A DNA stretch of 64,000 nt from the NCBI GenBank assembly GCA_977018835.1, contig OZ361260.1:3968001-4032000 (forward strand), in the 5' to 3' direction. This DNA comes from Minutocellus sp. GHC0000111. Lineage: Eukaryota. The number at the start of each line of letters is the position of its first letter. Position 1 is the first letter of the stretch. Under the pieces are notes generated by a model that saw nothing but the letters and a program-made list of their open reading frames with translations, did not search any database and was not told the origin of the DNA. Shown here piece by piece: positions 10,178 to 22,470 of this stretch. Both the position numbers and the translations under genes were made by a program.

Positions 10178-13100
10178 TTAGTCATCAAAGGAAAACTCAC
10201 TCTCCTCATCCTCGCTGTCGCTGAAAGTGTACGTCTTGCGAACGGCACCGGCCCGACTCGAGCGAGCTCTGGGGGCTACCTCCACAACCTCATCCTCGGC
10301 GGCCGAGTCATCGTCGCTGGAATCTCCATCGCAGGCGAAGGACATCTCGCTGTCGCTCAGATCGCACACGGTTGTGGTCTTCTTCTTCTTGGCTGGGGCC
10401 GCCTTCTTCTTAGCAGCGGGCTTCTTGGCGGCAGCAGCGGCAGGCTTCTTCTTGGTAGCAGCCTTGGTGGCAGCGGTAGCCTTCTTGGGCTTCTTGGCAT
10501 TCTTCTCCTTGGTACTGGGAGTGCCCTCCGAGTTCTTGGGGCTGGGACGCTTGGAACCAGACGAAGCAGAGAAGTCCTCATCGTCGTCATCGTCGTCACT
10601 ATCAATGTCGGAGGCAGTATCGACCTTGATGGACTTGGGGGGAGGGCTGACCATGAGCTTACCCTTGAGCTTGGCCGCCAGACCGACGGAGGACTCGTCC
10701 GAGGCATCGCTCTCAAAGCCATCCTCATCGACTGGCTCTTGCGCCGGCGCCGGTGCCGGTACTGGCCTGGCCTCCACCTTCTTGGACGCTGCCGTCGCCG
10801 TCTTCTTGGATGCAGCCGCTACCGCCGGCTTGGCAGCTGCAGGAGCAACCTTCTTGCTCACAGCAGCCTTCTTGGGAGAGAAGCGAGCGTTGGGCGGAGC
10901 GGCAAAGGCAGGAGGAGCCTCTCGGACCTTCCTGCTACTAGCGCCACTCTTGGCGCTGACCTTGGTACTGGCCTTCTTCTTTCTTGCGCCGAAAAACTCG
11001 TCGTCGGAATCTGAGAAATTCTCTACCTCCTCCTCATCAGATTCCATATCACTGTCCCACTCATCGGCCTTCTTCTTACGTCCCTTGCCCTTGGTCTTCT
11101 TCGATGCCTTCTTGGCCTGCGTCTTCTTGTTCTTGGCCTGCTGACGCTTCTCCTCGGCTGCCGCGGCGGCCATCTCCTCGTCGCGCTCGTCGAGGGCATC
11201 CTCAATGGCCTCGAGGTCGTGCCACCAGAGAGTACTGGGCTGGGTGGCCTCGAGGCCGGCAACCTCCTGGGTCTTCACCTCGAGCTCGGCACGGAGCTTC
11301 TCGGACTTCTCGAAGGTGAGGGTCCAGATCTTCATACCGAGAAGGTACTCATATCCCTTGGCAAGGTCGGCGTAGGAGGTGTTGTCCTCAGCCTCATCCT
11401 CGTCGTCGGAAGCATCGGCATCATCGTTCGACTTCTTCTCATCGTCCTTGGTCATGAGATCATAGCCACGCTCCTGCAGCTCATCGAGGAGCTCGCTCCT
11501 CTTGCGGTTGCTGACGACAAGGTCGCCGGAGCAGACCTCCTCAACAAAGCGAGCCTTGTTGGACAGCATCAAACGCTCCCTACGCAAAATCTCCAGAAGA
11601 TGAGCCTTGCGCTTCTCGTAAAAGTCCAAACGGACGCGGTAGAACTCCTCAAGAATATCCTCGGGGGTGTTGTACTTGATGATACGGCCCTGCTCGTTGA
11701 ATAGCTGCATGTTGGAGGTAGAGATGGTGGTCTTGAGCTTGAACTTGCCAACAAGTCCATCCTTCTCCTTCTCGTACGAATCAATCGCGTCCTTGGAAGC
11801 AGTAATAGTAAAGGAGACAGTGGAATCGGTATGGTTCTCCTTGAAGTCCTGGATGGCAATGGCAGCCTTGGCCTTCTTCTTGCCGGCACCATTGGCATCG
11901 TCCTCATCGTCATCGCCCTTCTTGCCCTTCTTGGCGGTGGTCTTGCTGTTCGTGTCGCCAAGCATAAGACCCTCGAGGAACATCTTGTAGTCCTGCGTCC
12001 ACTTCTTGATGGGAAGCTCGGTAATCTTGAGGGTGGTATCGTTGATCCTCTCAATCTTGCCTCGGACGATGAATGATCCCTCGCGCTTGCCGGTCTCGGC
12101 AATCATCTCGCCGGTGAAGCCGGAGTAGTGAGGAGTCATCTTCTCCAGCTCCTCGCCCTTGAGACGGCGACGGAGGTTGGCAATGATCTGACGGGGGCAG
12201 TAGTTGGGAGTACTGGACGACCAGCCAGTACCGATACCATCACTGCCATTGACCAGCACCATGGGGATAACGGGCATGTAGTTCTCAGGCTCGATGGAGA
12301 GGCCGTCATCATTCAGGTAGTTCAAGAGGGCATCATCATCAGGGTGGAAGATGGCACGGGTGATCTTCTCCAACTTGGTGAAGATGTAACGAGGAGAGGC
12401 GGAATCCTTACCGCCCATGCGACGAGTACCGAACTGACCGGACGGGGTGAGCAGATTGATGTTGTTACTGCCGACGAAGGTCTGGGCCATACCGACGATG
12501 GCACCCTGCAGAGAGGCCTCACCGTGGTGGTAGGCAGAGTGCTCACTGACATATCCGGCCAGCTGAGCGACCTTGATCTCACCCTTGAGCTTCCTCTTGA
12601 AGCAAGCGAACAGAATCTTGCGCTGAGAGGGCTTGAATCCATCGAGGACGTGGGGAATGGAACGGCCGTTGTCGGCGTTGGAGAACAGGATCAGCTCCCT
12701 GTTGATAAAGTCGGAGAAGCGAACACCCTGCTTCTGCGCCTCGGCATAGTTGAGGTAGGTATCCTTCTGGAAGGTTCCAAGCCACTCCTTACGATCCTCG
12801 ACCTTGCTCTTGGAGAAGGCCATCTCGATGAGTTCTCCGCCGGAAGTCTTTTTGGTTGGTTTCTTGCCAGACGATTCGGATCCGTCAAACTCCAACATGT
12901 CAACATCGTCGTCGTCATCGTCGTCAATGACCTCGACATCAACGTCGTCCTCAAGCTTGCCGAAGTGGACCTCGTGCATATCAAGGTTGCCGAAGTACTC
13001 CTTGGCCTCCGCGCTGGTGGAGGTACCAAGACCCTTGTAGTACTTGATCTTCCATCCCTTGGCATCGTTGCCGGTGGACTCCTTCCAGGCCTCGTACTCG

Positions 13101-13550
13101 GGAAGGGTGAAGAACGTCTTGCTCTTCTTGCCCTTGGAGGCCTTGATGATGGGAGTAATGAACTGCTGGAGGAAACCGGGGACGTTGAGGAGGGAGGGCC
13201 AGAAGTGATGAAGGAAGTTGATGACCAGACCCTTGATGTGCGAACCATCGTGATCCTGATCGGCCATGATCATCAGGTGGCCGTAACGGAGCTTCTTGAC
13301 GGAAGTCTCATCGTACTCCTCACCAGGCTTGAGGCCCATGATCTCGACTGTGGTGGTTGGATGGGTAAATGATGGAATGGTGAGCAAAAGGCAGGCGTTA
13401 GAATGGATACGAAGAACAAAGAAAAGCAGCAACATCCAGCAATCAAATACCCGATATCGACATAGATATTCGCCCGAGGTTGACTTACTGATATTCTTGA
13501 TCTCCTCGTTGTTCAGGACCTGCGACGTCTTGGCATCACGGACGTTGAGG
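10178..13550 (-). CDS. TOP2: DNA topoisomerase II, copy A (3' portion; 5' end lost in N gap); intron 13488-13348
   Basis: TOPRIM IMADQDHDGSHIKG, YYKGLGTS, DGFKPSQRK, AYHHGE, catalytic ASPRY. GTAAGT..CAG intron. Complete C-terminal tail. Confidence 0.92.
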
Positions 13551-13750
13551 NNNNNNNNNNNNNNNNNNNNNNNNNNNNNNNNNNNNNNNNNNNNNNNNNN
13601 NNNNNNNNNNNNNNNNNNNNNNNNNNNNNNNNNNNNNNNNNNNNNNNNNNNNNNNNNNNNNNNNNNNNNNNNNNNNNNNNNNNNNNNNNNNNNNNNNNNN
13701 NNNNNNNNNNNNNNNNNNNNNNNNNNNNNNNNNNNNNNNNNNNNNNNNNN
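13551..13750. other. Assembly gap (200 N)
   Basis: Run of n characters. Confidence 1.
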
Positions 13751-14047
13751 ATGATTCAACCTCGTAAGGGATCTGTCGCCACGCATGTATCTGAGAACAA
13801 TCAGCGGCGCAAAGAACGCTTTTTCGCGATTTGACATTTTGCACGTGGCGCATGTCACAAAGACAAACTCCTGTGGTAGTTCTCAAAAGGCATAAGTGTT
13901 GAAAAGGAATTCCATAAGTAATACATTAAGTCGAACGAGTCGAGCGGAAAGGCCTGTAGCCTCACACACAACACTAGCTAGAGAACAGCGCCCGCCACAC
14001 AGCTAGGCCTACGTACGTACCTAGGTACAATGAAGATCTACTACCGG

Positions 14048-17000
14048 TACTGGTGCTGGCAACGACCTGAAACCTGGCCCCTCTTCCACCGCTCCAAAGG
14101 GGTAGAGGGAAAAGGGAATTTCAAACTAAGTTCCACGGCTGCACTACTGAATAACGACGACACTCTTGGCAGTGGATACATCTATGGAACAAGCTAACTA
14201 CGCGCCAACTAGCCAGGCCAACACTACTATTCACCTACAGATGTAGATAGACCTAATTCTGATTGAATCTAGATCTACGTAGCATGATGTGTAGTTTACT
14301 TACTGTCATCAGACTTTTAGATTTGCATAAATTGGTTGCACTAGGCGTAGAATACAATTGGTTTATCGATTACGATTGTAGCTCTCTTTGGCCTTCTTCT
14401 TCTTTTCTTTTGTTCACACCTGTAGTAGATTATTTGTTATCTCTGACAATCCCTTCAAGAGATTCTCAGGATTCCTTCCACCTACTCTAATATCATTTGA
14501 TCATTTCCCGTATATAACGGTAATTGTTTAGTCATCAAAGGAAAACTCACTCTCTTCATCCTCGCTGTCGCTGAAAGTGTACGTCTTGCGAACCGGCCCG
14601 GCGCGAGCGTGCTCTGGGGCTACCTCCACAACCTCATCCTCGGCGGCCGAGTCATCGTCGCTGGAATCTCCATCGCAGGCGAAGGACATCTCGCTGTCGC
14701 TCAGATCGCACACGGTTGTGGTCTTCTTCTTCTTGGCTGGGGCCGCCTTCTTCTTAGCAGCGGGCTTCTTGGCGGCAGCAGCGGCGGGCTACTTCTTGGT
14801 AGCAGCCTTGGTGGCAGCGGCAGCCTTCTTGGGCTTCTTGGCATTCTTCTCCTTGGTACTGGGAGTGCCCTCCGAGTTCTTGGGGCTGGGACGCTTGGAA
14901 CCAGACGAAGCAGACAAGTCCTCATCGTCGTCATCGTCGTCACTATCAATGTCGGAGGCAGTATCGACCTTGATGGACTTGGGGGGAGGGCTGACCATGA
15001 GCTTACCCTTGAGCTTGGCCGCCAGACCGACGGAGGACTCGTCCGAGGCATCGCTCTCAAAGCCATCCTCATCGACTGGCTCTTGCGCCGGCGCCGGTGC
15101 CGGTACTGGCCTGGCCTCCACCTTCTTGGACGCTGCCGTCGCCGTCTTCTTGGATGCAGCCGCTACCGCCGGCTTGGCAGCTGCAGGAGCAACCTTCTTG
15201 CTCACAGCAGCCTTCTTGGGAGAGAAGCGAGCGTTGGGCGGAGCGGCAAAGGCAGGAGGAGCCTCTCGGACCTTCCTGCTACTAGCGCCACTCTTGGCGC
15301 TGGCCTTGGTACTGGCCTTCTTCTTTCTTGCGCCGAAAAACTCGTCGTCGGAATCTGAGAAATTCTCTACCTCCTCCTCATCAGATTCCATATCACTGTC
15401 CCACTCATCGGCCTTCTTCTTACGTCCCTTGCCCTTGGTCTTCTTCGATGCTTTCTTGGCCTGCGTCTTCTTGTTCTTGGCCTGCTGACGCTTCTCCTCG
15501 GCTGCCGCGGCGGCCATCTCCTCGTCGCGCTCGTCGAGGGCATCCTCAATGGCCTCGAGTTCGTGCCACCAGAGAGTACTGGGCTGGGTGGCCTCGAGGC
15601 CGGCAACCTCCTGGGTCTTCACCTCGAGCTCGGCACGGAGCTTCTCGGACTTCTCGAAGGTGAGGGTCCAGATCTTCATACCGAGAAGGTACTCATATCC
15701 CTTGGCAAGGTCGGCGTAGGAGGTGTTGTCCTCAGCCTCATCCTCGTCGTCGGAACCATCGGCATCTTCGTTCGACTTCTTCTCATCGTCCTTGGTCATG
15801 AGATCATAGCCACGCTCCTGCAGCTCATCGAGGAGCTCGCTCCTCTTGCGGTTGCTGACGACAAGGTCGCCGGAGCAGACCTCCTCAACGAAGCGAGCCT
15901 TGTTGGACAGCATCAAACGCTCCCTACGCAAAATCTCCAGAAGATGAGCCTTGCGCTTCTCGTAAAAATCCAAGCGGACGCGGTAGAACTCCTCAAGAAT
16001 ATCCTCGGGGGTGTTGTATTTGATGATACGGCCCTGCTCGTTGAATAGCTGCATGTTGGAGGTAGAGATGGTGGTCTTGAGCTTGAACTTGCCAACAAGT
16101 CCATCCTTCTCCTTCTCGTACGAATCGATCGCGTCCTTGGAAGCAGTAATAGTAAAGGAGAGAGTGGAATCGGTATGGTTCTCCTTGAAGTCCTGGATGG
16201 CAATGGCAGCCTTGGCCTTCTTCTTGCCGGCACCATTGGCATCGTCCCCATCGTCATCGCCCTTCTTGCCCTTCTTGGCGGTGGTCTTGCTGTTCGTGTC
16301 GCCAAGCATAAGACCCTCGAGGAACATCTTGTAGTCCTGCGTCCACTTCTTGATGGGCAGCTCGGTAATCTTGAGGGTGGTATCGTAGATCCTCTCAATC
16401 TTGCCTCGGACGATGAATGATCCCTCGCGCTTGCCGGTCTCGGCAATCATCTCGCCGGTGAAGCCGGAGTAGTGAGGAGTCATCTTCTCCAGCTCCTCGC
16501 CCTTGAGACGGCGACGGAGGTTGGCAATGATCTGACGGGGGCAGTAGTTGGGAGTACTGGACGACCAGCCAGTACCGATACCATCACTGCCATTGACCAG
16601 CACCATGGGGATAACGGGCATGTAGTTCTCAGGCTCGGTGGAGAGGCCGTCATCATTCAGGTAGTTCAAGAGGGCATCATCATCAGGGTGGAAGATGGCA
16701 CGGGTGATCTTCTCCAACTTGGTGAAGATGTAACGAGGAGAGGCGGAATCCTTACCGCCCATACGACGAGTACCAAACTGACCGGACGGGGTGAGCAGGT
16801 TGATGTTGTTACTGCCGACGAAGGTCTGGGCCATACCGACGATGGCACCCTGCAGAGAGGCCTCACCGTGGTGGTAGGCAGAGTGCTCACTGACATATCC
16901 GGCCAGCTGAGCGACCTTGATCTCACCCTTGAGCTTCCTCTTGAAGCAAGCGAACAGAATCTTGCGCTGAGAGGGCTTGAATCCATCGAGGACGTGGGGA

Positions 17001-17901
17001 ATGGAACGGCCGTTGTCGGCGTTGGAGAACAGGATCAGCTCCCTGTTGATAAAGTCGGAGAAGCGAACACCCTGCTTCTGCGCCTCGGCATAGTTGAGGT
17101 AGGTATCCTTCTGGAAGGTTCCAAGCCACTCCTTACGATCCTCGACCTTGCTCTTGGAGAAGGCCATCTCGATAAGCTCTCCGCCGGAAGTCTTTTTGGT
17201 TGGTTTCTTGCCAGACGATTCAGATCCGTCAAACTCCAACATATCAACATCGTCGTCCTCATCGTCATCATCGTCGTCAATGACCTCGACATCAACGTCG
17301 TCCTCAAGCTTGCCGAAGTGGACCTCGTGCATATCAAGGTTGCCGAAGTACTCCTTGGCCTCCGCGCTGGTGGAGGTACCAAGACCCTTGTAGTACTTGA
17401 TCTTCCATCCCTTGGCATCGTTGCCGGTGGACTCCTTCCAGGCCTCGTACTCGGGAAGGGTGAAGAACGTCTTGCTCTTCTTGCCCTTGGAGGCCTTGAT
17501 GATGGGAGTAATGAACTGCTGGAGGAAACCGGGGACGTTGAGGAGGGAGGGCCAGAAGTGATGAAGGAAGTTGATGACCAGACCCTTGATGTGCGAACCA
17601 TCGTGATCCTGATCGGCCATGATCATGAGGTGGCCGTAACGGAGCTTCTTGACGGAAGTCTCGTCGTACTCTTCACCTGGCTTGAGGCCCAAGATCTCGA
17701 CTGTGGTGGTTGGATGGGTAAATGGTGGAATGGTGAGCAAGGCAGGCGTTAGAATGGATACGAAGAAAAAAGAAAAGCAGCAACATCCAGCAATCAAATA
17801 CCCGATATGGACATAGATATTCGCCCGAGGTTGACTTACTGATATTCTTGATCTCCTCGTTGTTCAGGACCTGCGACGTCTTGGCATCACGGACGTTGAG
17901 G
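14048..17901. repeat. Copy B of the ~4-kb duplication
   Basis: Colinear with 9496-13550 apart from scattered SNPs, small indels and absence of the MITE. Confidence 0.95.
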
Positions 17902-19871
17902 GGCTTACCCTTGAGGGGGAAGACGCCGTAGTAATCCCTACCGACGACGGAGAGGCCGGACATGGCCAATGACTTGGCGGAATCACCCTCGGTAATGATG
18001 AGGGTGCAGTCCTTAGCCTTGGGACCGCCGGCAAAGTTGGCATCGTCGAGCTTGGAGATGCCGGTGACCTTAGCCTTCTTGGTACCACCGACGCGCTTCA
18101 TGGCCTTCTTCTCCTGGAACTTGGCAAAGGCCAGGCAGTTCTCCACGACGTCGGACTTCTCGATGGACTTCATGAACTTCTTGTCCAGCGCGCACTTGGA
18201 CCCGAAGACCTTCTTCTTGGTCGTGAGGAACTCCTTGGTCTGCGAATCGAACGACGGGTTGTTGATGAGGGCATTGACGAAGACGCACATCTGGTTCTTG
18301 ATCTGGTTGGGCTTGACCTCGGTGCCCTTGTTCTTCTTCTTGACGACGTCCTTCAGAATCTTGGCGACCTGGTTGGCAATGTACTGGACGTGCTCGCCGC
18401 CCTTGCTGGTGCAGATGGCGTTGACGAACGACACCTGCTGGAAACTGCCGTTGGAGGGGGCGACGCCGACCTCCCACCGCTCGTCGACCTTGGCGTACGC
18501 GACGGGCTTCTCGATGCCATCGTACAAATCCAGGTAGGACTTGAAGTCCTTGACGGGGACCTTGTCGCCGTTGAGGGTGACGGACAGCTTCTTGCCGTGA
18601 CGGCTGGCCATGGAACCGGCGATGTCGTACGCGCGCTTGGACAGCAGATCGACTGCATCCTTGTCGAGCGAGGCCATCTTGAAGCGGGCCAGGTCGGGAC
18701 AGAAGGTAATCTTGGTGTAATCCCCGCCCTTCTTCTCCTTGGCCGTGCAGGCCTTGACGACGGGGTCCTCGACGACGCCCTTGTTGTTGCGGAAGGTTTG
18801 GGTGAACTTGACCCCCTGCTTCGAGTCCAAACACTCCACGACGAACTTTTTGGAGAAGATGTTGGCGAGCTTGGCGCCATAACCGTTGCGGCCGCCGGTC
18901 GTCTTCGCCTCGTTGTCGTCGAAGTTGGAACCGGTGAGGAGCTCGCCGAAGATGAGCGTGGGGACGTAGACCTGTGTGCATGATGAGGGTGGGGGTTGAT
19001 TGTGGTTGTGGAGGAGGAGGAGGAGATGGTGAGCGAATATTGTAGCGATGGAAGGAGAATGGCGACCAACACGATACGACTTTGGCACAGAGCCAGCAAA
19101 GCAAATCAATGAACGAATATTGGCGATGCAACAACGCAAAAGAACGAATCCATCAACCGATCAATCCATCGCTGGAAACAGCGTTGCCATCCGTCACCTC
19201 CAATATCTCACCTTGTGCTCCTTGTGCTTCTCGACGGGAATGCCCTTGCCGTTGTTCTTGACGGAGATGGTATTGTCTTCGGGGTTGATGGTCACGTCCA
19301 TCCGATCCATGTTGGGATCGCGCTGCTTGTTGTCGGCGGCATTGACCAGAATCTCGTCGAAGATCTTGTACAGACCGGGCGTGTACGTGACGGTGCGTTC
19401 GATGATTCGGCCGGTGTCGCTGTTGAGCACGAACATGGGCTGGGTGGTCGGTTCCGTCGAACCGATGTACGTGTCAGGTCGGAGGAGGATGTGTTCGAGC
19501 TGGGTCTTCTTTTGGTAAATTTGCTCGATGCTCTTCTCCTTGTCGGACGACGACTTTTTCGTCTTGGTGGGAGCGGCAACGTCCTCGATGCTCATATCGT
19601 CATCGTCGCTGTCGAAATTGGTGAGGGAGTCGAGGGCGGCCTTCTTGGACTTGGAGGAGGCGGCGGCCTTCTTCTTGGCTGGAGCCTTCTTGGCAGCGGC
19701 AGTCTTTTTGGGAGCAGCCTTGGCCTTGGTGGACTTGGACTTGGCCTTGGACTTGGGAGCAACATTCTCCACGAGCTCAAAGTCGTCGTCGTCGGAGGCA
19801 ATGAAGTCGTCCTCGGAATCGTCCACGACGAAGGAGGCGTCGCTGGCGTAGGACATATCGACGTCGGCCAT
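14528..19871 (-). CDS. TOP2: DNA topoisomerase II, copy B, three exons (19871-19212, 18971-17840, 17700-14528); premature TAG at 14789-14791 removes the last ~87 codons
   Basis: GHKL motifs (HILLRPDTYIGS, DEILVNAADN, GGRNGYGAK), EGDSAK, PLKGK, ASPRY. Canonical GT-AG introns give in-frame joins (HK|VYVP; KNI|IEILG). Copy A has AAG where B has TAG. Confidence 0.93.
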
Positions 19872-20352
19872 GGTTGGAAAAGAGTTTGGTTGGATTCGGT
19901 CTGGGACGGGGGGTTTTGCTTCGCTGAAGCAGAGAGAAAATGTGAGCGATGTGTGGTCTGGTATTGATCGTCCAACGTCAACGACGAGGCAAGTGATTCG
20001 ATACTACTGAAGTGAAGGCATCGGAGTGGAAGATTTCGGCAAGAAAAACGGTCAAAATAGACTCGTTCGACTCAAATACAGGTTATTGAGAAAAATAAAA
20101 ATCGGTTACGGAATGTGGGTGAGCAACACAACAAATCTGCTTCCACAGAGGAGGCATTCCTCATCTATCTCAAGTTCCTAACCCTCATGAAAGATGGCAC
20201 AGCGGTTGGCCAGAGGGAGGTTCCGTAAAATGCGAGGAATCTCGATCCATTCAACATGACAGGAAAGCTGGCACGAAAGAACCAGACAACATGCCCCTGC
20301 TGCTGCTGCCGCAGCTGACCCCACCAGTACCAATACTATTGCCGGCATCAGC

Positions 20353-22335
20353 ATGTCCAAAGATACAGACAGCATCAGCATCCAAACAAGCCACGCAGAC
20401 GACATCTCCAAGCGAATATCTCACCTGGCCTTGGAGCACTACCGCACCGTCCTTCCACAGAAGGGCAAGCCCCAACCCAACAAGGAGTGGACGTGCTACG
20501 CTGCCATCGTGGCCGTGGAGCAGACAATAAAGAGTGATTCTTCCGACGATGCATGTATGTGGGTGATCAGCGCGGCGACGGGGAGCAAGTGCGTCGCCGT
20601 CGCCGCGGCGGCAGACGCATTGCCGTGCCGTCCGTGCTCGTGCGATAACAGTGAAAGTGGTGCCGGTACAAATACGCCGACATGCTGCGACCAAACCGGC
20701 GTGGGTTTGTGCAAAAGTACAATTCGGGGTGCCATCCTGCACGATTCCCATGCCGAGGTGTTGGCCAGACGGGGACTCGTCCGTGTCCTTTGGGCGGAGG
20801 TCGAGGCCATGCTTCTGGAATGGGATGAAAATAATGATGATAACAATTGTGAAGCAGAGCAATCATCAACATTTGGGGAGGGATATCGACCGCTGCTCCA
20901 ACGCAAGCAAAAAATGGCTACTGCCAAATCTACTACCGACGGTGACGGTGGTGACGACAAGGCCGGTGATCATCCGCTGTTCGAACTCCGTCCCGGCATT
21001 TCGCTGCACATGTATATTAGCGATTCACCGTGAGGCGATGCCTCCATTTATCCCATTGGACTGAAATATCGTCCACCGGTACCCTCACAGGATCAGGATT
21101 CAGCAAAGAAGAGGCCAGCAAACGATGATTTACTCGATAAAAGCGATGGCAGTGACAAGCGGCAAAAGATTGGCGATACTGCCGGAAAATCAGCATCAGA
21201 TCTCAGCTTCACCGGGGCCGGTCCTACCACCAGCTTCACCGGGGCCAAGATTGTGGTATCTAATCAATATCCAGAGCAAGAGGAACAATTGGGCACGCTG
21301 CTTGCATGTGGCGATGGTTCTGCTGCTGATTCCGCGACTGATCCTGGCAAAGGCAAAAAACCCACAATCGTCGCACGAGAGGGAGAGCAGATACTGGGAG
21401 CTCTGCGGACGAAATCGGGACGGTCCAACCTGCCTGCCCACCTGCGATCGACGTCCATGTCCTGCAGCGACAAGCTGTGCCGATGGTCGGTGCTGGGAAT
21501 GCAGGGTTCTCTATTATCGCGATACATACCCGATCCTATTGTTCTTGCATCAATTGTAGTGGGCCGAGATCCGCGCTGTGAAGATAACGATGATGGACAG
21601 CGAACGGCGCTGGAACGGGCCATATGCCGACGAGCTGAGGCTGCCCAGAACCATTTGTCGACCGCAGGGGGAGATGCTGCCGATGGACAGCTGAGAACAT
21701 TGCCGTTGCCAAGGGTTTACATTGCACGGGATAGCTTTGAGCAGGGCAAGGCGAGCTCGGATAAGGCGGAGGTCGACGAGAGAAGGGCAAAAGGGGCAAA
21801 GAACGCGTACGATGGTGACCTGGGGGCGAATCCGCCAAAGAAGAGCGGCAAGAAAACACTTGTGCCTTGCGGATTTTGCATGAACTGGCAGCGCACTTGT
21901 AATGATACCAACAAAGACAAGAGTGGGAACGATAAGAAGAGCAGGAGAAAAAGTAACAACAAAGACTCAGATCCGATAGAACTGGCAATTGGGGCAAAGG
22001 GGATCAAGCAGGGAAAGAAGCCCAAGAAACCAGACGATGTGATGAGGGTCATGTCGAGATTGTGTCGTTATGAGCTGCATGCAATGAGCGCCATTCGGTG
22101 CAGCCAAATTGTCGGGGAGTGCACTGGTGCTGTTGCAAACGATGTGGATTGCAGTGATGAGAAGCTTACGTATCAAGGAGTCAAGGCCACGTCGATTTGT
22201 ATGGACCGACAACAACGGAAGAGCTTGTGCATATCTGACGATCAAAGCCCGCTCAGCGCATGGGTATCAAGCTCCAAAGACGGTGACTTTGCGATACAAG
22301 CAGGGGGAATGACAAAGATATCAGGCGGTCGTTAG
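20353..22335 (+). CDS. ADAT1: tRNA-specific adenosine deaminase 1-like (ADAR/ADAT1 deaminase domain) with one in-frame TGA (21031-21033) at the conserved Cys of P-C-GDA
   Basis: [73 protein letters not shown]. ORFs 20353..21033 and 21253..22335 share one frame with no other stop between them. No dsRBD seen. Confidence 0.85.
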
Positions 22336-22470
22336 TTTTATCGCCTATGCGATTTTATCATGGGGTCTAGCTAGGTACCTAGGTACGTTTGTTACGTATC
22401 AGTTATTTCATTATCGCACTACAAGGCTATGCCGCATTTCCACCCCTCCAACTATCTCCAACCCACTCAC

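Larger units (their letters stand above)
9496..13550. repeat. Copy A of a ~4-kb near-identical duplication (TOP2 3' half plus downstream flank); copy B is 14048-17901
   Basis: Direct comparison: shared start tactggtgctggcaacgacc at 9496 and 14048, colinear up to the N gap. Confidence 0.95.

Noticed and set aside
13751..13858. N-terminus of the 1226-aa ORF 10178..13858
   Set aside because: Artefact of translating through the N gap and an intron; not TOP2 sequence.
10227..19967. Long plus-strand ORFs antisense to TOP2 (e.g. 12128..13372, 16472..17752)
   Set aside because: Shadow ORFs from strong codon bias of the sense gene; no domain content.
22336..22470. SECIS element for ADAT1
   Set aside because: No ATGA/GTGA core with an AA loop visible by eye; not called without a covariance search.
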